Shown here one piece after another: positions 1 through 12,649 of a DNA stretch of 64,000 nucleotides. Within the stretch, counting starts at the first letter, position 1. The number at the start of each line of letters is the position of its first letter. Under the pieces are notes generated by a model. It worked only from the letters and a program-made list of their open reading frames with translations. It made no database searches and was not told the origin of the DNA. Source of the DNA: the human T2T-CHM13v2.0 reference genome, Homo sapiens; the NCBI RefSeq assembly GCF_009914755.1, contig NC_060937.1; one strand, written 5' to 3'. The position numbers and the translations under genes were made by a program.

Positions 1-2149
1 ATTAAAATCTAAGATTTATGAATGGACTTCACAAATAAACATTACACAACTTGGACAAAAGGTATATTATGAATTCCAGAGTCTGAAAGGATGGATGAAC
101 TTTTGTCAAAATTCTATTGCTGTCAGTTTCCAGCCAGACATCAAACTCAACTCGTATCACAATAAAGGGCATGAGGGTATTAAATAATAACGTTCTTCAA
201 TAGGACACGTTTCACCCATTGACCGTCACTTGGAACTGCTCATTTTTTCCTAATCATTTAAATGTAGTTTTTGATGAGAAATGAATGGAATTGATTTCTA
301 TTTCTCATCAGGAAAGTTTCAATAAAAAAGATTCTTAAATTAGCTGGAGGAAAAAAAAACTCTGTTCCAAGTAAACATTTAGTGTAATTTTATTACATTT
401 TTCAAATTGTTTTTAGCTGCACATAAAAATCCATATAATGAAGACGAAAGCAATTAAATTTCTATTTACTGTGGAATAGTGAGTTCTGTGTGATACTCAT
501 GGGATCCCAAAACAGTAGCACTGCTTTCAAAAAACTAAAAATATCATCTCCACCCCCATTTTTCTTCCTTTACATCTTATTCATAAGCAATGACTTCATA
601 AAACAAATTCTACTACCAACGATGTTCTGTGCTGCAAGGCGTCCACGTGAGTTACAAAGATACCCATTAGATAGCAAAAGGTTGTAGCATGCTGAGTTAC
701 AGACTGGGAAGAATAATCTTTGTAGTTTTTTTCACTTTACCTAAATACTCCAAACCCCTGCGATGTTCTATTATTGTGGTTTCAGTAAGTTTCTCTAAAA
801 TCCAGGATGCTTTATAAACTTTAAAGATGTTATTTTTCAAAGGGTATGTCTTAATAGGTGCCTATAATTCATCTCTATCACCTGTTCTAATTTCTCAGAT
901 CATTTTCCAGGCTTTTTGAAATGTGCTTATACTTTAAATATCATTCTTGTGTGCTTCAACATCAGCATAATATAATCTGAATTTTATGTAGTTTACCGGA
1001 TCATTATAATGGCAGAAGAAAATGTTGATGTCCTCTCATAAGAAAATAATTAAAGGTGAATAAATCTATGCATTCATTTCTATTGTTGTTTTATAATAGG
1101 AATGTATCAAATGTGTCTTTTCTTTCCTTTGAATTAGTCATGGGACAGACACCCTGCATATCTGCCAGCTTGCCTTTCCCTGTAGCCCCAGGGAACAAGC
1201 GCTGCTTCAAAGGAAGGCCAGCGAGCCTGCTCAGATGACATTTTCCTGATGTCACCATTTGGCTTCTGAAGTCTAAAGAAAATGAAAGAGAATGAAACTA
1301 TTGATAAATTCCAAGGGAGGGGGGGATCAAAGCTCTAAAGAAAAATGGAATAAAACCAAATTCAATTTGAGTTTTTGATCTTTTAAGATTTCAACAAACA
1401 AAAGGGTTGGAGGGCCATGATCTAAAACAATTAATTGAAAAATGTATACATTCTGTCATATTTGAAGAGAGGTTTTCTTTCCGAACTTAATGTTTATGAT
1501 AAATTGCATTAGACTTTTGTGTGGCAATAAGAAGAGCATAGCCACCCGACCACTCCCTATTATTCTTCATCAATATTATTGTTGAATAAGATAATTACAT
1601 TTAATATCACAAAGCTAGTGTTTTGGACACTTTTTAATACAAATAGGTCATCTATATACACCTGTTTTGTAGGGGAACTAGTTCTTCAGACAATTATAAC
1701 TGCATTTTGTGGTTGGAGAACTATTGTCATTCCCTTGGGCTTAGAAACTGTTACATAAAAGGATGACCGTCTATATTTTTAAAAGCAAGAAAATTTTCCC
1801 AGCAAAAGAGAAAAAGAGGCCACAAGAAATCCACCGAGTCATGGCCTCGGATGCTCAGGGTGTCAATGGTAAGGAATTAGGAAATCAGAGGTGACACTGT
1901 CTCATTACTGACGTGTTTTTATCCCGTACCAAGAACTCTTATTTTTCAGCCTCAGAAGGAAAGGCAAACCCTACAAAGACATAATACTTGCTGCCCACAG
2001 TCTTCAGAAGCCAAAAGTTTGCCCACAAAGACTCAATGAGAAAAATTCATTAAAGGTACAAGTCACTCTACCTCCCAGTTTTGCTCCTGACAGTTGGTAG
2101 GTGGCACTTGTGGGCAGTTTTCTTATTTGTCTTGACTTCCCACCCCTAT

Positions 2150-2550
2150 CTATGTTTGTTACTCAAGTTGGTTGTTTTAACAACCACAGGCTCTAGTGGT
2201 TTCACACAATAAAGCTGTCCTTCTATTTTAGTATTCTCTCTTAAGTCACAGTTGACACAGTCATTCAAAGATCAAGGGTCCGTCCGTCTCATGGCTCAGC
2301 CTCCTCTAGGCCTTTGCGGGTGCTCCTTGCTTAGCCAGTAGATGAGGATTAGAGCACAGGGAACAGACCCAGGAGGAATTCATGGCCTGCCTAAAAATGG
2401 CTTAACGTGCCTCCACATTCCATGGGCCAGAACTCAGTCATGGAGCTGCACCTGGCAGGAGGGGCCTGGGACATGTAGACCTACTCTTTGACTAGGGGGA
2501 AAGGGATGCGACTTGGTTGATGATCCGCCTGTATATACCACACTATGTGA
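2150..2550 (-). mobile_element. Old MaLR LTR remnant (MLT1K/J-like)
   Basis: Contains CACATTCCATGGGCCAGAACTCAGTCATGG...GGGGCCTGGGACATGTAG, resembling reverse-strand MLT1K/J. Boundaries approximate. Confidence 0.5.
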
Positions 2551-3057
2551 GGCAGGGAAGTCCTAACTATAACTACCTAAAAGCAATTTTATATTTCCTT
2601 CTGGGCTCAGAAGGTGCACAGAGCCACTAGCCTTCTGCCAACCATGAGATGCAGAAAATTCCCTACATCAGCAGCCGCCAGCCCACCTTCCCAATGGGCC
2701 CTTGTAAGTCTTCCTGTACCCAGTGCTGGAGGGTAACGAGGTAAGGATGAGTGGGAGGAGAGGGGGGATATAGGGAGTCCCTCACTTCCCTGGAAAGCTT
2801 CCCCTCTCCAGGCCTGGCAGCAGTTCAAGCAGGGAGCACTGGGAGGGCCTCGTGGAGGAGCAAGCTGACTCTTCTCTGGGAAGATGCAGTGGGCTCTGCA
2901 GACTATCTATTGGGTCCTCTCTCACACAAGCCCTAGGCAGACAGACATCTCTCTGTTCCTAGAGCTCCTGAGGCTCTTTCCTGAATTCGTGGACATCAGG
3001 AGGAATCTTTGTCCTCCTTCTCTGAAGTCTCTTCAGTCTCTCCCACACACAGTACTC

Positions 3058-3190
3058 TGTGCCCTTCAAAGCGTGGTCCAGTGGCCAGCAGCAATGGTAT
3101 TGCCTGGGAAACTCATCATCCCAATCCTAGACCTGCAAAGTTAGAATCTGCAGGTGAGCCATGTGCACATGGACATTTGAGAAACCCTGC
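3058..3190 (-). mobile_element. MER5A-like hAT-Charlie DNA transposon remnant
   Basis: Reverse strand reads CAGGGTTTCTCAAA...TCACCTG...GCTGCTGGCCACTGGACCACGCTTTGA, matching MER5 termini. Confidence 0.6.
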
Positions 3191-4088
3191 TCTGGAGGTC
3201 CCCAAGTGGCACCCACCAAGCAGCTCACATGCAGTTGTTGGGAGCACCCTCAAGCAGCGCTTACCCAGCAGAGCAGGCTGAGCCGGAGCAGGAGCAGGAG
3301 CACTCAGCCCCGCCTCCAAAGCGAGTCAGCAGTCTTCGTCATGGGCCAGGTACTAGTTCTTGGGATCTCCCCAGTGCAGTAAGCACATTTTCCAGTGCTC
3401 CCTGGGGGCTTTGGGGGAGCACCCTCATTAGGCTCAGCACTAAGAGCAAATGCACTCTCCAAACCCCTCCTGAAAGGGCAGGATGGAACTTACAGTTGAC
3501 CAAATAAATATTTTCATCAATTTTTCCCAGTCCTCTCTCTGACTACTTTTTGTACCTTTAATCCTGCTGAAAGGCCCAAGAGATAGGAGCAGGTTTCCTT
3601 CCTCTCCCTTGTAAAGTATGCATCTGACATATGCAGGGCCACCTGTCTGATACTCCCTTGGTATCCCAATCACCATCATTTAGAAATCAGTGGAAATTGA
3701 GGCAAAAAGAGTCTCAATCTGATATCCTGTTATAACTATATCCTGGAAAGTATATAAACTATGAAATTTATTTCAAAGTCCCATAATTCTTCACTAATTC
3801 ACACAGGCCTTACTCTAATAACACAGCTTGAAAAAAAGTTGCTGTCAATGGCAGTGAACATGCCTCTTTAAGGATTTTCTGCTTTTATCACTCTGCAGCT
3901 AAAGAAAGCATGACTCAGGTTTGAATCCATCTTCTACACTTTGCTGGCAGAATGTTACTACTAAGATGAAAACTTACTGATGAGAGGATTTCTCTGAGTC
4001 CATTCCTAGTGCTAGACAAATAGCTTGGGCAAAAAATGTTGGTGACGTTGTGCCCGACAGAGAACTTCCAGAGAAAAGGTTGAGAAAT

Positions 4089-4466
4089 TGTATTAGTCTG
4101 TTCAAACACTGCTATAAAGAACTATGTGAGACTGGGTAATTTATTTTTTTAAAAAGAGGTTTAATTGGCTTATGGTTCTGTAGGTCGTATAGGAAACATG
4201 GCTGGGGGAGCCTCAGGAAACTTACAATCATGGTGGAAGGTGAAGAGGAAGGGGGGATTTCTCACATGGCCAGAGCAGGAGGAAGAGAGAGGCGGGAGGT
4301 GCCACACACTTTTCAACACCCAGATCTCGTGAGAACTTAGTATCGTGAGAACAAGGGGGAAGCCGGCCTCCGTGATCCAGTCAGCTCCCAGCAGGCCTCT
4401 TCTCCAATGCTGGGGATTGCAATTTGACATGAGATTTGGGTGGGGGCACAAATTCCAATCATATCA
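4089..4466 (-). mobile_element. MSTA-like solo LTR (ERVL-MaLR)
   Basis: TGTATTAG...ATATCA termini, typical GAGACTGGGTAATTTA and GGAAACTTACAATCATGG motifs, perfect 5-bp TSD GAAAT (4084-4088 / 4467-4471). Confidence 0.9.
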
Positions 4467-5895
4467 GAAATTAAGAATCGACTACCATGCAATCAAGGGA
4501 CATGGTCACATTTGATACTCTAGATGCCAGCCAGCACCACTCTAATTAGAGACCAGAGAGCTTTCATTCAGGGCAGTTCCTCCTTTTGTTTCAACTCCTT
4601 GTAGTGACTTGGGATTGGGGAGCAAAGGTTGGAAAACCTGTAGACGGGTTTTAGCTTAAACATTGCACCCATTGAGCTGTCCTCATGAATAATTTCAGTT
4701 AGTCTGTCTCCTTGTAGATAAGATGCAATCATGTCACCCATGGTGTCACCACTCTCATTGGGTTGTTAGAAATATCAAAATAAAATTAAGTGTGGGAAAA
4801 CTCTTGGGAATCTACAAAGGGCTAAGCAGAATGAGGTGTTGGCATCCTCCCTGAGAAGGAAGGTGAGGTAATGATAGGAAGATGAGAGGGGCAGGACATA
4901 AGCTAAAGGGTCTCAGGACTGGCTTATCCCAGCTAAGTCCCAGCAGGCAGTACAGGGCAGTCTCAGGCTCCCTGCACCCTCCTCCTGCTCACAGGGGCAG
5001 TTTGTGATCTCTGAGAGACATGAGACCTTCTTTCTTTCCATATCAAAGAATGAGAAATTAGATTTCTGACTCACTGCCTTCCTTTTAGGGGAGAAGAGGG
5101 CTCTACGATGCGGTTGGGCTTAGAGGAAAATAGCAGCTCCTCTGCTGTGATTTTAGGTCTCCTCCCTCCCAGAGTCTCAGGATGTGCCTCCAGAGTAGCC
5201 ACCATGGAAATGACATGTGTTCTTCCGCTTAGCTAAGCATGTGTATGTGATTCTATTTAATTAATTATTGATATTTATTAAAATACAACGTGTAGATTTC
5301 TATTTTCATTTTGCTGCCAATACACTGAAAAAAGATATAGTTAAGTTCCAATGACAGAAACATATCTCAATATACAAATCAACTATTTGTTGAGTTGAGT
5401 ATTACATGAAGACCTACCGTGTTGCAGTGTGTGGCAGAGAAACCATACTTTCCTGAATATCATCACAAACCTGTGAATCGGATAGATTGCTCCTCTAGGC
5501 AGATGCAGTATCTGATGAAGTCAAAGGTTCTTGCCACTCTTCACCTTAGTTTTCTGGCTAAAAAGAGCCTGGAAACGTTTCTACAGAGGACCAATGTCAG
5601 CCATGGGATCTCAAAGATGAAAACAATTTCCTAAAGACACAGGTTCTTTTCTATGCAATTATTACTGCTGACGCCAGTGTTGCCCCGGCAAGAAAGATGA
5701 TAATATTGGTGAATATGATAGCTAAAATTTACTCAGTGCTTACCATGTGCGAAGAATTTTGCTAGGAGCTCCTCACATATTTACATGGTCTGCATTTAAC
5801 TCATTCAATCTTAAAGGAAATGTATGAAATATGTTCTATTATTGTGGCTGTAAGTGATGGCTTGAGAATATGTCTGCAAGTCTCTTAACAGTTAA

Positions 5896-6082
<187 letters not shown>

Positions 6083-6259
6083 TGTATTACTCAGGGTTCT
6101 CTAGAGGGACAGAACTAATTGAATACTTATATATTCAATTATATATATATACTATATATATATATAAAGGGCAAACTAATTGAATAAAGGGCAAACTAAT
6201 TGAATACATATACTCAATTATATATATATATAAAGGGCAGTTTATCAAGTATTAACTTA

Positions 6260-6809
6260 ATGTACATAATATATATTATATATATTATATTTTATATATT
6301 ATATATTTATATATATTTTCATATATATAATTATATATTTTATATTTTTATATCATAAATACATATAATATATATATATTTATTTATTATATATAATATA
6401 TATTATATTTATATATTATATATAATATATATTATATTTATATATTACATATAATATATAATATATAATATATAATAGATATATAGTATATATAATATAT
6501 AATAGATATATAGTATATATAATATATAATATAACAGATATAATATATATATTATATATAATTATATATAATAATGATATATATAATAAAATATATATTA
6601 TATATAATTATATATAATGATATATAATAAAATATATATTATATATAATTATATATAATAATGATATATAATAATATATAATATATAATTATATATAAAA
6701 TATATATTATATAATTATATATAATGATGATATATAATAAAATATATATTATATACATAATATATATCTATTATAAATATATAATATATATTATATATAA
6801 TTACATATA

Positions 6810-6852
<43 letters not shown>
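6260..6852. repeat. AT-rich low-complexity/(TA)n tract
   Basis: Nearly pure A/T with short internal repeat units, ending in perfect (TA)n at about 6817-6852. Confidence 0.97.
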
Positions 6853-6855
<3 letters not shown>

Positions 6856-7112
6856 GCTGGGTGGGCAAAATCTAATCAGCTGCCAGTGCAGCTAGAATAT
6901 AAGCAGGCAGAAAAATATGAAAAAAGAGACTGACTTAGCCTCCCACCTTACATCTTTCTACCTCGCTGGAAGCTTCCTGCCCTCAAATATTGGACTCCAA
7001 GTTCTTCAGTTTTGGAACTCAGACTGGCTCTCCTTGCTCCTCAGCCTGCAGATGGACTATTGTGGGACCTTGTGATCGTGTAGGTTAATACTTAATAAAC
7101 TGCCCTTTATGT
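6853..7112 (+). repeat. Inverted 260-bp copy of MLT2A LTR segment 8353-8612
   Basis: Reverse complement aligns ungapped to 8353-8612 with about 9 mismatches (hand count). Confidence 0.95.
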
Positions 7113-8352
7113 GTATATATATATTATATATATTAAGTTATACATGTATTATGTATTATATATATTTAGATATATTATATATAATATGTAATATATATAA
7201 TATGTATTATATGTAATATATAATATGTAATATATATAATATGTAATATATAATATATATAATATGTAATATATAATATATAATTATATATAATATATAA
7301 TTATAATTATATATCATATATGTAATATATAATTATAATTATAATTATATATATAATATATAATTATAATTATAATTATATATTACATATATAATATATA
7401 ATTATATATTATATATTTATTAATTATTAATTATATTTTTATATATATTAATTAATATATAGTATATAATCTTATATATATTTATGATAGATATATTATA
7501 TATTATAATATATTACTATATATTATATATAATTATATATTATATATTATTATATATAATTATATATTATATATTATTATATAATTATGTATTATATATT
7601 ATTATATAATTATGTATTATTTATAATAATATATATTTTTATATATAATAATATATAATTATATATATTGCATAATATAATATATATTATATTATAGAAT
7701 ATATATAATTATAAATAATATAAAAATATTAAATATATAATTATATAATTATATATAATTATATATTATATGTACTATATATTATACATTATATATGATA
7801 TATTATATATCATATATGATATATAATATATATTATATTATATACGATATATGATATATCATATATAATATGTATATTATATATATTATATAATATATAT
7901 TATATTATATATTATATATTATATATTATATATGTATATTATATATTATATATTATATATTATATATATAATATGTATAATATATAATATATAATATATA
8001 ATATATAATATATATTAATTATACATAGTTATATATTTAATTATATATAATTAAATATTTATATATTTTTAATTATATATTTAATATTTTTATATTATAT
8101 ATAATTATAGATATTCTATAATATAATATATATATTATGTAATATATAATTATATATAATTATATATAAAAATATATATTATATATATTATATATAATAT
8201 ATACTATTATAACATATATATTACATATAATATATATTAATTAATATAATATATACTAATAACATAATAATTAACATATATATTATATATCTATGAATAT
8301 ATAATATATATTATATATGTAACTTTATATATATATTGTATATATATAATAT
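7113..8352. repeat. 1.24-kb AT-rich spacer between the inverted arms
   Basis: Almost exclusively A/T (TATAA/TATAT-type units). Confidence 0.97.
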
Positions 8353-9282
8353 ACATAAAGGGCAGTTTATTAAGTATTAACCTACACAATCACAAGGTCC
8401 CACAATAGTCTGTCTGCAGGCTGAGGAGCAAGGAGAGCCAGTCTGAGTTCCAAAACTGAAGAACTTGGAGTCCAATGTTCGAGGGCAGGAAGCTTCCAGC
8501 GAGGTAGAAAGATGTAAGCTGGGAGGCTAAGTTAGTCTCTCTTTTCATATTTTTCTGCCTGCTTATATTCTAGCTGCACTGGCAGCTGATTAGATTTTGC
8601 CCACCCACCTTAAGGGTGGGTCTGCCTTTCCCAGCCTACTGACTCAAATGTTAATCTCCTTTGGCAACACCCTTACAGACACACCCAGGATCAATTCTTT
8701 GCATCCTTCAATCCAATCAAATTGACACTGAGTATTAAAAGTCCACTCCTTGTCAACTTGAACCCATACACATCTCCTGAGGTCATACATAATCTTCAAA
8801 TAAAGCCAGTAATAAGGTAATAATTATGCCTAACATAATACAAGTATCCTTCTTACAACCAGAAACACACCAATCCCCAACCCAAATACTACCACATAAA
8901 GTTAACAATACTTAAATGCTGATGTGAAGTCAATAAATCTTATGTCACATGATAAAGGAGAAAGGAAATAAATTGAAGATATTTTCTTAGTACAAGTGTA
9001 TACATGCACAAACATGTTTTTAACAAAAGAAGGAGGAAATACTCATGACAATTACAGTCCTTGTTTCTGCAGCTGGTCATGTGGTGGTAGCTGGTATTGA
9101 TGACTACCGTCTTCTACTACCCATTCTGTATTCCCCTTGGCTCCAGCAAGCCCCTCAGCAGGTCACGTTTTTTATTTTTTCGTGGTGGAGTGACCCCAAA
9201 CCTTTATTCCTGAAGGGTCTGGGTCATTTGTAGTCCCTCTTAGATTGGGCTGTTGTAGTTTCCTAGTGACCTTAATCACAGG

Positions 9283-9560
9283 TCATGGTAATACTAAGAG
9301 ACACCCTAATGGAGCTCCTGTACTCCATGGATACTCTTCATTACCTCCATTGTGGAGTAGCAGACTGATTTCACCTTGATAGTCCGGGTCAGTCACCCCA
9401 GTCAACACTGTAACTCCCTTCTTAGTTGACTTAAAAGTAGTAGAAGCCCGAAGAGTCCACATGGCAATTTTAACTTCTAGTTTAATGGAACCATTGCTGT
9501 GACTCCTGGTGGCAGCATTCCTCCCTCTGGAACTAAGACCTCTAGACCAGCAGAACATAG
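9283..9560 (-). pseudogene. HERV-L dUTPase remnant
   Basis: VLTGVTDPDYQGEISLLLHNGG matches dUTPase motif III (GxIDxDYxGE); lies downstream of integrase as in ERV-L; frameshifted. Confidence 0.85.
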
Positions 9561-9599
9561 TGTTGTGGGAACAAGAAGCAAAAATTTTGCTAGTGGATC

Positions 9600-12500
9600 A
9601 CTATGGGTGACGGTGACTGGTGCCACTTCCACTTCCATCCCTTGATTTCTGGACCCATGAATCTTAGCTTTGGGAGAAACAGTACCATACATTGGACACC
9701 GACTGAGAGAACACATGGCCTTCTGAAGAACTCTGCCCCAGGCTTGCAAAGTATTGTCACTTAGTTGGCCTTGGAATTGTGACTTCAAAAGGCCATTCCA
9801 TCATTCTATCAATCCACTGCTTCAGGCTGATGGGGAACATGGTGAGACCAGTGAATTCCATGAGCACGAGCCCACTGATGCACTGCTTTAGACATCAAGT
9901 GAGTGCCTTAGTCAGAGGCAATGCTGTGGGTAATACCATGATGGTGGATAAGGCATTCTGTGAGTCCAAAGATGGTAGTCTTGGCAGACGCATTGCATGC
10001 AGGATACGCAAACCCATATCCGGATTAAGTGTCTATTCCAGTGAGGACAAACTTCTGTCCTTTCCATGATGGAAGTGGTCCAATATAATCAACCAGCTAC
10101 CAGGTAGCTGGCTGATCACCCTGAAGAATGGTGCCATATCGAGGGTTCAGTATTGTTCTCTGCTACTGGCAAATTGGACACTCAGCAGTGGCCACAGCCA
10201 CGTCAGCCTTGGTGAGTGGAAGCCCATATTTCTGAGCCCATGCATAACCTCCATCCTTGCCACCATAGCCACTTTGTTCATGGGCCCATTGGGCGATCAT
10301 AGGGGTAGCTGGGGAAAGAGGCTGAGTGGTGTCCATAGAATGGGTCATCCTATCCACTTGATTATTAAAATCCTCCTCAGCTGAGATCACCCATTGGCAA
10401 GCACTCACATGGGATACAAATATCTTCAGTTTTTGACCACTCAGAGAGGTCCATCCACATACTTCTTCCCCAAATTTCTTTTTCCAGTCATGCTTATTCC
10501 AAGTCCCTGACCATCCAGCCAAACCACTGGCTGCAGCCCATGAATCAGTATATCATTGCACATCTGGCCATTTCTCCTGCCATGCAAGGTACACAACAGG
10601 GTGCACTCCTGGAAGTTCTGCCCACTGGAAAGATTTCCCTTCACCTCTGTCCTTCAGGCATGTCCTAGAAAGGGGCTGTAGTGCTGCAGCCCTCCACTTT
10701 TGGGTGGTGCCTGCATATTGTGCAGAACCATCTGTGAACCAGGTCCAAGTCTTCTCCTCCTCTGTCAACTGATCATAGGGAACTCCTCAAGAGGCCATTG
10801 GTACAGGCTGGGGGAGAGAAGGCAGGGTGGCACAAGTGGAGACCATGGGCATTTGAGCCACTTCTTCATACAACTTACTTGTGCCTTCAGGACCTGCTTG
10901 AGCCTCATCACATATACACCACTTCCATTTGATGATGGGAAGCTGCTGTGCATGACCCACTTTATGGCTAGATGGGTCAGAAAGCACCCAGTTCATGATA
11001 AGCTGTTCAGGTCACATGGTGACTTGATGACCCACAGTCAAACATTCAGTTTCCACTAAAGCCCAGTAATAGGTCAAGAGCTGTCTCTCCAAAGGAGAGT
11101 CGTTATCTGCAGAAGATGGCAGGGCCTTGCCCCAAAATCCTAGAGGCCTCCGCTGTGATTCACCTATGGGGGCCTGCCAAAGGCTCCAAACAGCATCCCT
11201 ATCTGCCACTGATACCTCAAGCATCTTTGGATCTGCTGGGTTATATGGCCCAAGTGGCAGAGCAGATTGCACAGCAGCCTGGACCCGTTGCAGAACCTTC
11301 TCCTGTTCTGGACCCCACTCAAAACTGACAGTCTTTTGGGTCACTTGATAAATGGGCCAGAGAAACACACCTAAATGAGGACTGTGTTGCCTCCAAAATC
11401 CAAATCAGCCCAATAGGCATCGTACCTCTTTCTTGGTTGTAGCAGGGGCCAAATGCAGCAACTTATTCTTCACCTTAGAAGGACTATCTCAACAGGCTCC
11501 ACACCACTGGACCTCTAGAAATTTTACTGAAGTAGAAGTTCCCCAAATTTTAGTTGGATTTATTTCACATCCTCTGGCATGCGAATGTATCACCAATAAG
11601 TCCAGTGTGTTTGCTACCTCTTGCTTACTGAATCCAATCAGCATAATGTCATCAATGTAATGGACCAGTGTGATATCTTGCAGAAGTGAAAAGTGATCAA
11701 GATCCTCTGAATAAGATTATGACACAAATCTGGAAAGTTGATACACCTTTAAGGTAGGACAGTAAAGGTATATTGCTGGCTTTGCCAGCTGAAGGCAAAT
11801 TGCTTCTGCTGGGCCTTATGGACAGGAATGAAGAAAAAGGCATTTGCTAGGTCAATGGCTGCATAACAGTACCAGGAGATGTGTTAATTTGGTCAAGCAA
11901 TGAAACCACATCTGGTACAGCAGCTGCAATTGGAGTCACCACTTGGTTAAGCTTACAATAATCCACTGTCATTCTCCAAGATCTGTCTGTCTTCTGCCCA
12001 GGCCAAATGGGAGAGTTGAATGGGATATGGTGGGAATCACCACCCCTGCATCTTTCAAATCATTTATGGTGGCACTAATCTCCACAATCCCACCGGGGAT
12101 GTGATATTGTTTTTTATTTACTATTTTTTCTAGGTAGAGGCAGCTCTAATGGCTTCCATTTGGCCTTTCCTACCATAGTAGCCCTCACCCTACCAGTCAG
12201 GGAGCCAAGGTGGGGGTTCTGCCAGCTGCTAATTATGTCTATGCCAGTTATACTTTCTGGCACTGGGCAAATGACCATAGGATGAATCTGGGGGCCCACT
12301 GGACCCACTTAAGTCAGACCTGAGCTAAAACTCCATTAATAACTTGACCTCCATAAGTCCCTACTTTAACTGGAGGACCATAATGATGTTTTGGGTCACC
12401 TGGAATCACCATCAGCTCAGAGCCAGTGTCCAGCAGTCCCCAAAAGGTCTGATCATTTCCCTTTCCCTAATCCACAGTTACCCTGTCCTTAAAAGGCCAG
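9600..12500 (-). pseudogene. pol: HERV-L pro-pol remnant (protease, RT, RNase H, integrase), disrupted
   Basis: GLLDTGSEL at about 12415-12440; YIDD at 11648-11659; WFTDGSA (ORF 10553-10768); WAHEQSG...ECPICQ integrase zinc finger (ORF 10163-10522); many stops and frameshifts. Confidence 0.92.
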
Positions 12501-12649
12501 AGGTTTCCTTGGGGAAGGATGGGAGAAACATTCACTGCATAAATTGTCAGAAACGTAGTGGGGTCTTTCCTCAAGGGGACCCAGCTTCCCCTTCATTCAA
12601 GGGGTTCTTGGTCTGTAAACTGGCTCAAGTCTGGAAATTGATTGAGGGG

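Larger units (their letters stand above)
6083..8739 (-). mobile_element. HERV-L 3' LTR (MLT2A), expanded by AT tracts and an inverted duplication
   Basis: Starts TGTATTACTCAGGGTTCTCTAGAGGGACAGAACTAAT like the 5' LTR; main body 8353-8739; followed by the PPT complement AAGTCCACTCCTTGTC. Confidence 0.9.
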
